Positions 46,731 to 56,340 of a DNA stretch of 64,000 bases are shown in pieces; the stretch's first letter is position 1, and every line of letters starts with the position of its first letter. A model generated the notes under the pieces. The model made no database searches. It was given only the letters and a program-made list of their open reading frames with translations, and was not told where the DNA came from. A program made the translations under genes and the position numbers. The DNA comes from Clostridia bacterium (GTDB lineage: Bacteria > Bacillota > Clostridia > UBA1212): positions 5,558-69,557 of the forward strand of contig JAGDAX010000141.1 of the NCBI GenBank assembly GCA_017848335.1, in the 5' to 3' direction.

Positions 46731-48554
46731 ATGAGATTTAAAGGTTTATTGAGGGTCGCGGCGATAATGCTTGCCGCTGCTCTTGCCGTCATTTCCTGCG
46801 CGACGGTTTCGTTCGCGGAAGCTGCGGGCGCTGAAACAACCGGCACGGAGACCATTGGCGCGGCTGACGGCGCGATGACTATTTACAAGCAGGATTTCGA
46901 GAGCTTCGACGTTTCGCAGGGAGACGGAGAGGCGGCCGTGTTCAGCGATGCCAAAGAGAACAAGCCTTCAGGCTTCAATGATTTCATTGGCGACGGTGAG
47001 CGGAGCGGCGCTGTCATTGCCGGGGATAAGATAAGCGGGTCCAAATCGCTGAGGCTTATGCGCTATGACGGCGGTGTGGCTAATATGCGGGTCAACGGGC
47101 TCACGCTAGGCGCGCTCGGCGAGGGCTCGAAGGTGACGTTTTCCTTCACCTTCCGCTACAAGACGCTCGGAAACTACGGCTTTTCCGTGATTCTCGGGGG
47201 CATCCCGGAATCTCCCGGCGTTGAGGATTACGGCGGCGGCACCAGGAATATTTTCTCCGCCGGAACGGATGACGAGCTCGGGAAGGACGTTCTTTACGCG
47301 GTAAATCCCGCGGGCGGAACCTTCACGGTGACCGACGCGCTGAAGGCCGACACGGATTACACCGTAGAGGCGGTGTTCACACTCGGAAGCGACAAATACA
47401 AGGTGCTCATTAACGGCGAAGAGGCGGGCGAATACACCTACATCGGCAAGCTCACCAATATCACGGCCATCAGAATCGACTGCCACGACTGGGCGGAGGA
47501 GAACGATACCTCCAAGGCGCAGAAGGGCAGCTGCCACGTCAACGAGGTCTATTTTGACAACATAATGCTGACGGCTGTTTCCTCCGGAAGCGCGCCCGAG
47601 ACTTCCGACAAGCTTTACAAGTTTGAGGACGGCGAGCCGGCCTTCATCGAGGATTTTGAAAATCTGGAACCTGTTTCCGAATACGAGAGATCCAACTCCG
47701 GCTCCGATACCTTCTTCATTCAGTCGGAGCTGCCTTTCCTGAATTCCCTCGGCACGCCCTTCGTGAATATCGATTCATGGGTGCGCATAATTGACGGGGA
47801 CAAGGACTTCGACGGCGTTGCTTTCGCCGCCAAGGACTTCCTGGACCTTAGATTCTGGATCATTCCCAAGCCGGTCGACGTCAGCGCGGACGTCTGCGTA
47901 AGCTTTGCCATCAAGGTGACCGAGCTGACAGGGGGCTTTTACTTCTGCGTCAGCAATGCCGTTGAAGGCACTCCCACGACAAGCGAATCCCGGGGCGGGG
48001 CGGTGCTGAAGCTCGAGCCTGCAGCCGACGGAAGCATTGCCATCAAGAACGCTCTTGGCGAGCAGGTCGGAAAGTTCGACAAGAACACCCACGTGACTTT
48101 GGCCACCGCATTCTTTATGGACACCAACAAGTACGTCGTGTTCCTTAACGGCGAGATGCTCCCCGGAAGCACCTCCGCTTATCCCGAGGAATTCGCAGGC
48201 GTGCAGGCCCTGCGGTTCGACATTGAAGGGACGGACACCGCCGTGATTTTCGACGACATCACCGTCGAGTCCGGCTACCTTGAGGAGGCAGACGGAGCGC
48301 CTCAGACCGGCGGCGATCCCGAGGAGACGGCTACCCCCGACGCCGGGAATCCCACGGACGAGGAGCCCACTCCCGAGGCTACCGAAGAGCCTGCGGCAGA
48401 GACCGGCAAGCCCGCCGGAAGCACCGCAGACAGCAAGGTCGATCCTACCCCGAAGCCCAAAAATAAACCGGGCTGCGGAAGCACGATCTCCTGTGCTTAC
48501 TTCCTGATTGCGGCGGCGTGCACGGCCCTGGCTGTTAAAAGACGTAAGCAATAA
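46731..48554 (+). CDS. Secreted surface protein (hypothetical, beta-rich) with a Pro/Thr/Glu-rich stalk and a C-terminal GCGS + TM + basic anchor
   Basis: Signal peptide MRFKGLLRVAAIMLAAALAVISCATVSFA. RBS aaaggagaaagg. Ends KPGCGSTISCAYFLIAAACTALAVKRRKQ. Confidence 0.7.
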   Translation: MRFKGLLRVAAIMLAAALAVISCATVSFAEAAGAETTGTETIGAADGAMTIYKQDFESFDVSQGDGEAAVFSDAKENKPSGFNDFIGDGERSGAVIAGDKISGSKSLRLMRYDGGVANMRVNGLTLGALGEGSKVTFSFTFRYKTLGNYGFSVILGGIPESPGVEDYGGGTRNIFSAGTDDELGKDVLYAVNPAGGTFTVTDALKADTDYTVEAVFTLGSDKYKVLINGEEAGEYTYIGKLTNITAIRIDCHDWAEENDTSKAQKGSCHVNEVYFDNIMLTAVSSGSAPETSDKLYKFEDGEPAFIEDFENLEPVSEYERSNSGSDTFFIQSELPFLNSLGTPFVNIDSWVRIIDGDKDFDGVAFAAKDFLDLRFWIIPKPVDVSADVCVSFAIKVTELTGGFYFCVSNAVEGTPTTSESRGGAVLKLEPAADGSIAIKNALGEQVGKFDKNTHVTLATAFFMDTNKYVVFLNGEMLPGSTSAYPEEFAGVQALRFDIEGTDTAVIFDDITVESGYLEEADGAPQTGGDPEETATPDAGNPTDEEPTPEATEEPAAETGKPAGSTADSKVDPTPKPKNKPGCGSTISCAYFLIAAACTALAVKRRKQ

Positions 48555-48585
48555 GTAGGCAAAACGTAAGAAAAAAGTAAGAAAA

Positions 48586-48625
48586 GCAGCGGCGCCCGCG
48601 TTTTTAAGGGCGCCGCTGTTTTGCA
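48586..48625 (+). terminator. Rho-independent terminator
   Basis: agcggcgcccgcg-ttttta-agggcgccgct followed by gtttt. Confidence 0.6.
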
Positions 48626-48639
48626 AAGCGTTCGAACAG

Positions 48640-48700
48640 TATCTGAACAGTATCTGAAAAGTATCTGAAAAGTATTTGAAAAGTATTCGGACACTGTCCG
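48640..48700. repeat. 10-bp tandem repeat (agtatctgaa) x5
   Basis: gaacagtatctgaacagtatctgaaaagtatctgaaaagtatttgaaaagtattcgg. Confidence 0.7.
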
Positions 48701-48901
48701 GATGGTATGAGCTCGTCGGACCCGGCAGAGGCCGGGAGCTGCCGGGAGCCTCCCGGAGCCTCCGGGAGCTGCACTGCTTTTGAGCGTTTCGGGATGCCGG
48801 CCCCGGCATTTTCGGGACGCTCTTATAGTGCGCGTCAGGCAAAAGATCACTCGCAGACAGCTCGCTGATTATCCGAAGATTACTTGCGGGCTACCCGAGG
48901 G

Positions 48902-49429
48902 TCACTCGCTCATAATGAGGATGACCTTGGTGAGCGTGCCGTAGGCATCCCTTTTCCAGCTTTCGCAGATTGCCTCGGCGACGTCCTGATCGGGCACGGG
49001 GAACTTCAGGTCGACGATCTTGTTGCCCTTCTCGCGAATGTAGCACCTGACGCTCTGGTTTTTATTGATGTCGATAAAGGGGTAGGCGTATATGGAAGTC
49101 TCGCGAATGACCCTGCTTTTTGCCTTGAGAAGCTCCTCGTCGTAGGCGGCTTTCAAATGAGGCACCAGCAGGTTTTCCATGTTGGAAAGGGAAATCCTGC
49201 CTTCCTCCGTGATGCTGTAGAGCATGAGGCCGTCGTTGTCGGAAAATGCGGAAACAAAGCCGTTCTTGAGAAGGGTAGAGAGCGCCTCCCTGTAGCTGAA
49301 ATAATTGATGAGCCCGGGGGTGAGCACAAGCTCGTTAAGAGACTGCTCAGTCAGGGCGATGTCGAAATTTCCGAGTACGTAAAGGACCAATATGCTGTTT
49401 TGGAGGTCCTGGTCTTTGTTGTCGTACAT
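48902..49429 (-). CDS. Hypothetical cytosolic protein (possibly DUF4364-like)
   Basis: 175-aa ORF on the minus strand with RBS ggagca. Protein-like composition and no long overlapping ORF. Confidence 0.5.
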   Translation of the reverse strand: MYDNKDQDLQNSILVLYVLGNFDIALTEQSLNELVLTPGLINYFSYREALSTLLKNGFVSAFSDNDGLMLYSITEEGRISLSNMENLLVPHLKAAYDEELLKAKSRVIRETSIYAYPFIDINKNQSVRCYIREKGNKIVDLKFPVPDQDVAEAICESWKRDAYGTLTKVILIMSE

Positions 49430-49572
49430 GAGATGCTCCAGTGGTGAAATTGTAAGGGGTCAAGACAAAGTGCCGGGAGAAAAGGCAAGAGACAAGAGGC
49501 AAGAGGCCTGAGGGTTTCGCCGGCTGCTCGCAGTCTAAAGCCTCCGTGTAAGGGGTGCTTTCGCGGATCGAA

Positions 49573-49941
49573 TCAATACGCAAGAAGGCCCATGAAGCTC
49601 ATTTCGCTTTGCGTGGTGTCGAGACGGCTGTACTGGCAAACGATCGGAACGTCGCTTTCGACCAGTATCGCGTAAGGAACGCCGCGCTGAATCTTTTTGC
49701 CGCCTTCACCCACAAGCTTGTCCAGCCTGATGTGGTGTGTGCGTCTTGCGCCGCAGACCGCAAAGAAGCCGTCCTCAGGCTCGCGATCCTCAAAATAAAG
49801 GGTGAGGGTGATGTGGGCGTCCTCGTCGCCTGTGTTAAGCACGCAGACGGCTTCGTGGCTCACGTAATCGCCGTTGTCCTTTTCGGGATAAAAAGCGTCC
49901 GGAATAAACCAGACTTTTTTGCCGTTTTTATATTCGTTCAT
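49573..49941 (-). CDS. Sensory-rhodopsin-transducer-like protein (ASRT / DUF1362 family)
   Basis: SHEAVCVLNTGDEDAHITLTLYFEDREP..ARRTHHIRLDKL..SDVPIVCQYSRLDTTQSE aligns with Anabaena ASRT (SHETVCILNAGDEDAHVEITIYYSDKEP..ARRTKHVRFNDL..SNVPIVVQHTRLDSRQAE). Own promoter (TTGCCA-18-TAGAAT) and RBS gaaggag. Confidence 0.6.
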   Translation of the reverse strand: MNEYKNGKKVWFIPDAFYPEKDNGDYVSHEAVCVLNTGDEDAHITLTLYFEDREPEDGFFAVCGARRTHHIRLDKLVGEGGKKIQRGVPYAILVESDVPIVCQYSRLDTTQSEMSFMGLLAY

Positions 49942-50264
49942 CGTCAGTTCTCCTTCGATAGAGATATTTATGTCCGCGTCAATTCTACCACATTTATTCG
50001 GTTATTGGCAATAAAAAACGAGCCGGGAGCGACAGGGCGAAGGACGCGCGTTGGCCTCCGGCATTTAGCCTTTTCCGGGCACTTGGCACTTAGCACTCAC
50101 TCGGCGCTAAATTCCACGATTTGTTTGAAATTACAATTGAAAACGATTATAATAAAAAGTCAGGATGCGGGGCACGTTTACGCGCTTGCGTAACGTCCGG
50201 TTTCCTTCCTGAAACGTATTATCGGGCACCTGATGACCTGACGGAAGCATTGCCGCGCAAATCA

Positions 50265-50400
50265 TACGCACCGCCGCGCAAACCGAGCGCAAGGAGCGCA
50301 GATCGTTCGCACCGCCGTCCAAACCAAGAGCAAGGAGCGCAGATCGTACGTACCGCCGCGCAAACCGAGCGCAAAGCGTGCAGATCCGCACGCCACCTTA
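50265..50400. repeat. ~45-bp tandem repeat x3 (caccgccgcgcaaaccgagcgcaaggagcgcagatcgt.cg)
   Basis: Direct inspection. Immediately upstream of the acyltransferase gene. Confidence 0.7.
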
Positions 50401-50420
50401 CCCCACCGGAGAGCTTATTC

Positions 50421-51671
50421 ATGAGAAAATTCATTCAGAAGGCATTCGCCACAGACGCACTTGAGTACAGGCACATTGGCGTTCTTGACGGGATAAGGGC
50501 CCTGTCCGTGGTCCTGGTCGTGGGCTTTCATTTCTGGCAGCAGTCGTGGCTGTGGAACCTGTACGACCCGTCCAAGCTGAAGGCTATAGGCATTGAGGAT
50601 GCAGGCATGAACTGGCTTTTTGAGACCGGTTACGTTTGGGTGGACATGATGATATTGCTGACGGGGCTGTGTCTTTTCCTGCCGCACGCCGCCAGGATGG
50701 TCTACGGCGACACTCCTCTTTCATCGGTGCCCAAATTCTACGCAAAAAGAGCCGCGAGAATATTTCCCTCATACTATTTCAATATTCTTGTGATGCTGAT
50801 TTTCTTCGTGAGGCCGCAGAATTACGGCGGCACGGCGGGATTCCTCAAGGATCTGTTTTCGCACCTGACGTTCACGCACATGCTCTCAAAGGAAACGTAC
50901 CTGTATACGCATTTCAACGGCGTGCTGTGGACGGTGGCGGTGGAGATGCTCTTCTACCTGCTGTTCCCGCTTATCGCGTGGCTGTTCAGGAAGGCGCCGT
51001 TCCTGACGTATCTCGGAATGAACGCCGCGTCGCTGGGGTATTACCTTTTCGTGACCAGGCTGCATGCGGACGATCTTTCGTTTTACATTAACAGATTTCC
51101 CTCGTTCCTGTGCGTGTTCGCCAACGGAATGCTGGCGGCGCTTGTGATCGTTTCGCTGTCCAGGAATATGACGCAGAACAGGTACACGGGGCTGGGCTTC
51201 ACGGCGCTTGCGGTGTTCGGGCTCTTTCTTATGCGGCTGATAATCAAATACGGGCTCGCCAAGGCAGGGAGCTCCGGGCAGCTCTGGCAGATCCAGAACC
51301 GGTTTATGCTGACGTTTGTGTTCGCGATTTTTATTGTCGGGGCCTGCTTCTCGTTCAGGTGGTTCAGGGTGATATTCTCGAACCCGGTGGCGAAATTCTT
51401 TGCGGCCATCAGCTATAATCTGTACATCTGGCACCAGCTGGTGGCGATATATTTCAAGCAGTGGAAAATTCCGCACTGGGTGAGCGCCGACAATCTTCCC
51501 CAGCGTGACGCGGGCACTGCGTGGCAATGGAAATACACGATAATTATCTGGCTTGTTTCGCTGGGCGTCGCTGCCGCGGTCACGTACCTTTTGGAGAAGC
51601 CGATTCACAGGCTGATCCTAAGGGCAATTGACAAAAAAGGAACCGGAAAAAAGGTCAGGGCAGGGAGCTAA
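50421..51671 (+). CDS. Acyltransferase family 3 (OafA/YrhL-like) membrane protein
   Basis: LDGIRALSVVLVVGFHFWQ motif, ~10 TM helices. The in-frame upstream part of the ORF (50121-50420) is repeat DNA. Confidence 0.75.
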   Translation: MRKFIQKAFATDALEYRHIGVLDGIRALSVVLVVGFHFWQQSWLWNLYDPSKLKAIGIEDAGMNWLFETGYVWVDMMILLTGLCLFLPHAARMVYGDTPLSSVPKFYAKRAARIFPSYYFNILVMLIFFVRPQNYGGTAGFLKDLFSHLTFTHMLSKETYLYTHFNGVLWTVAVEMLFYLLFPLIAWLFRKAPFLTYLGMNAASLGYYLFVTRLHADDLSFYINRFPSFLCVFANGMLAALVIVSLSRNMTQNRYTGLGFTALAVFGLFLMRLIIKYGLAKAGSSGQLWQIQNRFMLTFVFAIFIVGACFSFRWFRVIFSNPVAKFFAAISYNLYIWHQLVAIYFKQWKIPHWVSADNLPQRDAGTAWQWKYTIIIWLVSLGVAAAVTYLLEKPIHRLILRAIDKKGTGKKVRAGS

Positions 51672-51850
51672 GCGACAGGCAGCAGGTCAAACGATAGATC
51701 AGGCGGCAAGCCAAACGATAGATAAGGCAGCAAGCCGGACAAGAGCTCAGGCAGCAAGTCAGACAGCAGGTCAAACAGTAAATCAAACAGAAGATCAGGC
51801 GGCAGATCCGACAGAAGAACAAACTGAAAAATCTGCGCAAAACAGACAAC
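51660..51850. repeat. Degenerate tandem repeats (caggcagcaag.c.gaca / gtcaaacga.agat units)
   Basis: Direct inspection. Spans the acyltransferase stop to the iorA RBS. Confidence 0.5.
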
Positions 51851-51911
51851 TGCAGCACCCGTCCGCGGGATCCAAAACGCCCGGGGACAGGCAAACGGAA
51901 GAGGTATTGAT

Positions 51912-53687
51912 ATGGACAAAGAAATCAGACTGATGCTGGGAAATGAAGCCGTGGCGAGAGGCGCATACGAGGCCGGAGTCTCGGTGGTGTCCAGCTATCC
52001 GGGCACGCCCAGCACCGAAATAACCGAGTTTGTTTCAAAATACGACCCGAAGGAGGTCTATTGCGAATGGGCTCCCAACGAGAAGGTGGCCGCCGAGGTT
52101 GCCATCGGAGCGGGAGTCGCGGGAGCAAGAGCCATGTGCTGCATGAAGCACGTGGGCCTTAACGTGGCGGCCGATCCGCTTTACACCTGTTCTTATACCG
52201 GCGTAAACGGTGGAATCGTATTCGTGGTGGCGGACGACCCGGGAATGTTCAGCTCGCAGAACGAGCAGGACACCAGGTTTCACGCGCAGAGCAGCCACGT
52301 GCCGGTGCTGGAGCCCTCGGACAGCAGGGAGTGCCTCGAATTCACGAAGCTGGCCTTTGCCATCAGCGAGGAATTTGACACGCCTGTGATACTGCGCCTC
52401 ACCACGAGGGTCGCGCACCAGAGGAGCCTTGTCGAGCTTGGCGAGAGGGTCGGGACCGCGAAGGCTTATTCCAAGAATATCATGAAATACTGCATGATGC
52501 CGGCCATGGCCAAGGAGCGCCATAAATACGTGGACGAGAGGCAGCGGAGGCTTGAGGCTGCGTCTGCGGATATTGCCGCGGCCGTCATTCCGAACGCCGT
52601 AAATTACGCCCCGGACAGCCGCCGAAAGCCGGGCATCGTCACCTCCGGCATCAGCTACCAGTACGTGATGGACGTATTTAAGGACGTTTCGGTGCTGAAG
52701 CTGGCGCTCACGTACCCGCTTCCCGCGGAGCTGATCAAAGAATTTGCCGCCAACGTGGGCGAGGTCATTGTGGTGGAGGAGCTGGAGCCCTTCATCGAGA
52801 ATTATATCAAGGCCCTCGGGATACCCTGCAGGGGCAAGGAGCTTTTTACGAACCAGGGCGAGCTGGGGACATTCGCGGTGCGCAAGGCGTACTACGGGGA
52901 GGAAGCCGCGGCGGGCAGCCTTGGCGAGCCTGTCAATATACCGGGCAGGCCTCCAGTTTTCTGCCCCGGGTGCCCTCACAGAGCGGTGTTTTATACGCTT
53001 TCTCGCATGGGACTTCGCGTGTGCGGCGACATCGGCTGCTACTCCATGGGCGCGCAGGCCCCGTATAACGGTCTGGACAGCGTAGTCTGCATGGGTGCTT
53101 CCGTTTCGATGGCGCACGGCATGACCTGGGCCATGAGGGTCAACGACAAGGTCGACCGGCAGAAGACCGTGGCGGTGATAGGCGACTCCACGTTTATGCA
53201 CACAGGGCTCAACTCCCTGGTTGACGTTGCCTATAACAAGGGAATTTCGACGACTATCATTCTCGACAATTCCATCACGGGCATGACCGGGCACCAACCG
53301 AATCCCGCCATGGGATACACCATCAGGAACGAGAAGACAGTCGCCACGGATCTGGTGCTTCTCGCGAAGGCCATGGGCATCGAGGACGTTACCGTGGTGG
53401 ATCCCTTCGACATGAAGGCCTTCAGGAAGGCCGTGGTCGACGCCACCGAAAGAGACTGCCCCAGCGTGATCATCGCGCAGAGACCCTGCGCTCTGCTGAA
53501 GAGCGTGAAATTCCCGGGCCCCGCAGCCATCGACGATTCCAGGTGCATCAAGTGCGGCGCCTGCCTGAGGCTCGGCTGTCCTTCTCTCTCAAGAAGCGCT
53601 GACGGCGCCGTGGTGCTTGACGCGACGCAGTGCGTGGGCTGCGGCAACTGCTTTGAACTCTGTCCTAAGGGCGCGATCGGAAGGTGA
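51912..53687 (+). CDS. iorA: Indolepyruvate:ferredoxin oxidoreductase alpha subunit
   Basis: TPP-binding 2-oxoacid:ferredoxin oxidoreductase fold with a C-terminal 2x[4Fe-4S] ferredoxin domain (CIKCGACLRLGCP, CVGCGNCFELCP). Confidence 0.85.
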   Translation: MDKEIRLMLGNEAVARGAYEAGVSVVSSYPGTPSTEITEFVSKYDPKEVYCEWAPNEKVAAEVAIGAGVAGARAMCCMKHVGLNVAADPLYTCSYTGVNGGIVFVVADDPGMFSSQNEQDTRFHAQSSHVPVLEPSDSRECLEFTKLAFAISEEFDTPVILRLTTRVAHQRSLVELGERVGTAKAYSKNIMKYCMMPAMAKERHKYVDERQRRLEAASADIAAAVIPNAVNYAPDSRRKPGIVTSGISYQYVMDVFKDVSVLKLALTYPLPAELIKEFAANVGEVIVVEELEPFIENYIKALGIPCRGKELFTNQGELGTFAVRKAYYGEEAAAGSLGEPVNIPGRPPVFCPGCPHRAVFYTLSRMGLRVCGDIGCYSMGAQAPYNGLDSVVCMGASVSMAHGMTWAMRVNDKVDRQKTVAVIGDSTFMHTGLNSLVDVAYNKGISTTIILDNSITGMTGHQPNPAMGYTIRNEKTVATDLVLLAKAMGIEDVTVVDPFDMKAFRKAVVDATERDCPSVIIAQRPCALLKSVKFPGPAAIDDSRCIKCGACLRLGCPSLSRSADGAVVLDATQCVGCGNCFELCPKGAIGR

Positions 53688-53695
53688 TTATTGCT

Positions 53696-54292
53696 ATGGA
53701 AAACAAGAATCTGAGTATAATTATTGTGGGCGTGGGCGGCCAGGGAACGCTTCTCGCGTCGAAATTTCTGGGCAACGCGGCAATGCTCTCCGGCAGAGAC
53801 GTCAAGGTTTCCGAGGTGCACGGCATGTCCCAGCGCGGCGGCAGCGTCGTGACTTCGGTCAAAATAGGCGAAAAGGTGTATTCTCCCGTCATCGACAGGG
53901 GCGAGGCGGACTTCATGCTCTCCTTCGAGCTTTGCGAGGCGGCACGCTGGCTGTCCTTCGTGAAGGAGGGCGGCACCGTCATCACCTCCACGCAGGAGAT
54001 AATGCCCATGAGCGTGATACTGGGGCAGACGGAATATCCCGGCAATCTCCTGACGGCGCTTTCCTCAAGCAATACGAAGCTGCTGACGCTGGACGCGCTG
54101 AAAATCGCCGGTGAATGCGGCTCCATCAAGTCCGTCAATATAGTCCTGTGCGGCGTGCTGGCGGGCCTGCTTTCGGACATACCGGAGGAGCTTTGGCTGA
54201 GAGCGCTCAAGGCGACGGTGCCCGAGAAGTTTTACGAGGTCAACGAAAAGGCGTTCTTAAGGGGTATGGAGCTTGCGAAAAGCCGGGCTTAA
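53696..54292 (+). CDS. iorB: Indolepyruvate:ferredoxin oxidoreductase beta subunit
   Basis: IIVGVGGQGTLLAS..GMSQRGGSV. RBS ggaagg. Adjacent to iorA. Confidence 0.8.
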   Translation: MENKNLSIIIVGVGGQGTLLASKFLGNAAMLSGRDVKVSEVHGMSQRGGSVVTSVKIGEKVYSPVIDRGEADFMLSFELCEAARWLSFVKEGGTVITSTQEIMPMSVILGQTEYPGNLLTALSSSNTKLLTLDALKIAGECGSIKSVNIVLCGVLAGLLSDIPEELWLRALKATVPEKFYEVNEKAFLRGMELAKSRA

Positions 54293-54509
54293 CGCGCGGC
54301 GTCCGGCGCCTGTCTCCGGTTAAGCGGACGGTCCGGCGCCTGCTGAAAGGAGCGCCGGAGCTGCTTTTATCGGTGAAGGATACCGGGGAAAAGGTAAGCT
54401 TACCGGGTGAACTTATCGGGCAAACTTACTGGGCAAAACGGCCCCGCGCTTACAGATCAGACAAACCCGCAATCGATATAAAACGTGATTTTTTTTCAAG
54501 GGGAAAACA

Positions 54510-55811
54510 ATGAATTACTGGAACAAGCAAATGGAATGCATGGAGACGGCCGAGCGCCGCAAGCTGCAGTCCGAGCGGCTGCGCGACGTGGTCAGGCGTG
54601 TTTACGACAACGTGCCTGCCTACCGCCGCAAGATGGACGAGAAGGGTATCTCGCCTGACGATATCAGCGGGATCGATGATATCACGAAGCTGCCCTTCAC
54701 GCTCAAGACGGACCTGCGCGACAATTATCCCTTCGGGATGTTCGCAAAGCCCGTGTCTGAGCTTGCGCGGATCCATGCGTCGTCGGGAACCACCGGAAAG
54801 CAGACCGTGGTGGGATACACCTCGGGCGACCTGGATATCTGGGCCGAGTGCGTGGCAAGGGGCCTCGTGAGCTGCGGCGTCACCTCAGAAAGCATGATAC
54901 ACGTGGCTTACGGCTACGGTCTCTTTACGGGCGGTCTGGGCCTTCATGACGGCGCCGAGAAGCTGGGCTGCGCGGTAGTGCCCGCATCCTCCGGAAACAC
55001 CGCGAGACAGGTGACTCTTATCGAGGACTTTCAGCCCGACGCCATCTGCTGCACGCCCTCCTACGCGCTTTTCCTGGCTGAGGAGCTGCGCAAAAAGGGC
55101 CGCACACCGGATGATATTTCCCTTAAAGTAGGAATTTTCGGCGCGGAGCCCTGGAGCGAGGCCATGAGAGTGGATCTTGAGAAGAACCTGGGCATCAAGG
55201 CCTGTGACATTTACGGGCTCAGTGAAATTATGGGCCCCGGCGTCGCCTGCGAATGCGAGTACAGAAACGGTATGCACATTCAGGAGGACCACTTCATCGT
55301 GGAGGTCATCGACCCGGTGACCGAGAAGCCTGTGGCGCCCGGCGAATCAGGCGAGCTGGTGTTTACCACCATTACCAAGGAAGGCTTCCCGCTGATCCGC
55401 TACAGGACGAGGGATATTTCGAGGATCATTTACGAGAAATGCGAGTGCGGCAGGACGACTGCCCGCCTTGTGAAGCCCTCCGGAAGGTCCGACGATATGC
55501 TCATCATCAGGGGCGTCAACGTGTTCCCGTCTCAGGTCGAGACAGCGCTCATGGACGTGGGCGGCACTTCGCCTTATTACCTGATCTACGTGGACAGGAT
55601 CGACAACCACGACGTCATGGAGGTCCAGGTGGAGATGAACGAGAGCTTCTTCAGCGACAAGATCAGCGACATCAACACGCTTGAGTCCGCCATCAAGGCA
55701 AGGCTGGCGAGCCTTCTCGGTCTGAGCGTCAAGGTCAAGCTGGTGGAGCCCGGCACGCTGCCGCGCTTCGAGGGCAAGGCAAAGCACGTGGTCGACTCAA
55801 GGAAGATATAG
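54510..55811 (+). CDS. paaK: Phenylacetate-CoA ligase (PaaK-type adenylate-forming enzyme)
   Basis: HASSGTTGKQTVVGYT AMP-binding motif. PaaK-like length and context after iorAB. Confidence 0.8.
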   Translation: MNYWNKQMECMETAERRKLQSERLRDVVRRVYDNVPAYRRKMDEKGISPDDISGIDDITKLPFTLKTDLRDNYPFGMFAKPVSELARIHASSGTTGKQTVVGYTSGDLDIWAECVARGLVSCGVTSESMIHVAYGYGLFTGGLGLHDGAEKLGCAVVPASSGNTARQVTLIEDFQPDAICCTPSYALFLAEELRKKGRTPDDISLKVGIFGAEPWSEAMRVDLEKNLGIKACDIYGLSEIMGPGVACECEYRNGMHIQEDHFIVEVIDPVTEKPVAPGESGELVFTTITKEGFPLIRYRTRDISRIIYEKCECGRTTARLVKPSGRSDDMLIIRGVNVFPSQVETALMDVGGTSPYYLIYVDRIDNHDVMEVQVEMNESFFSDKISDINTLESAIKARLASLLGLSVKVKLVEPGTLPRFEGKAKHVVDSRKI

Positions 55812-55905
55812 GCCGCGGACTGTTTCAGACGACAGCTTCAGAGGACTGTCTCAGACGACAGTTTCAGAGGACTGTTTCAGAGGTTTTAAGTACAAGGAGG
55901 ACAAA

Positions 55906-56340
55906 ATGTTTGAAATAAATCAGATTTCCGTATTTTTATCCAACAAGGCGGGCCGCATCGCCGACATCTGCGAGATTCTCGGGTCCAGCAATATTGACCT
56001 GGTGGCGCTCTCCGTGGCTGACACCGAAAGCTACGGCGTTCTCAGGATCATTACCGACAATAACGAGAAGGCCGCGTCTGTGCTTCGCGCGAACGGCTTT
56101 ATCATTTCTTCCACGGACGTGCTGGCCGTCGAGATCCCCAACGAGCCCGGCGCGCTGGCCGAGGTGCTGAAATCCTTCGACAACGAGGGCATTTCCATCG
56201 AGTACATATACGCCTTTGTGGGCGCTTCAGGCAGCTCCGCGAGAATAATAATCCGCGTCAATGACAACGAGAAGGGGATCGCTGCGCTCCGCAAAACCGG
56301 CGCCGGCATCATCACCAGGGAAGAGATCGAAAGCAAATGA
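55906..56340 (+). CDS. ACT-domain protein (tandem ACT, PaaK-associated)
   Basis: 144 aa, two ACT-like repeats. This is the typical fourth gene of iorAB-paaK operons. Confidence 0.7.
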   Translation: MFEINQISVFLSNKAGRIADICEILGSSNIDLVALSVADTESYGVLRIITDNNEKAASVLRANGFIISSTDVLAVEIPNEPGALAEVLKSFDNEGISIEYIYAFVGASGSSARIIIRVNDNEKGIAALRKTGAGIITREEIESK

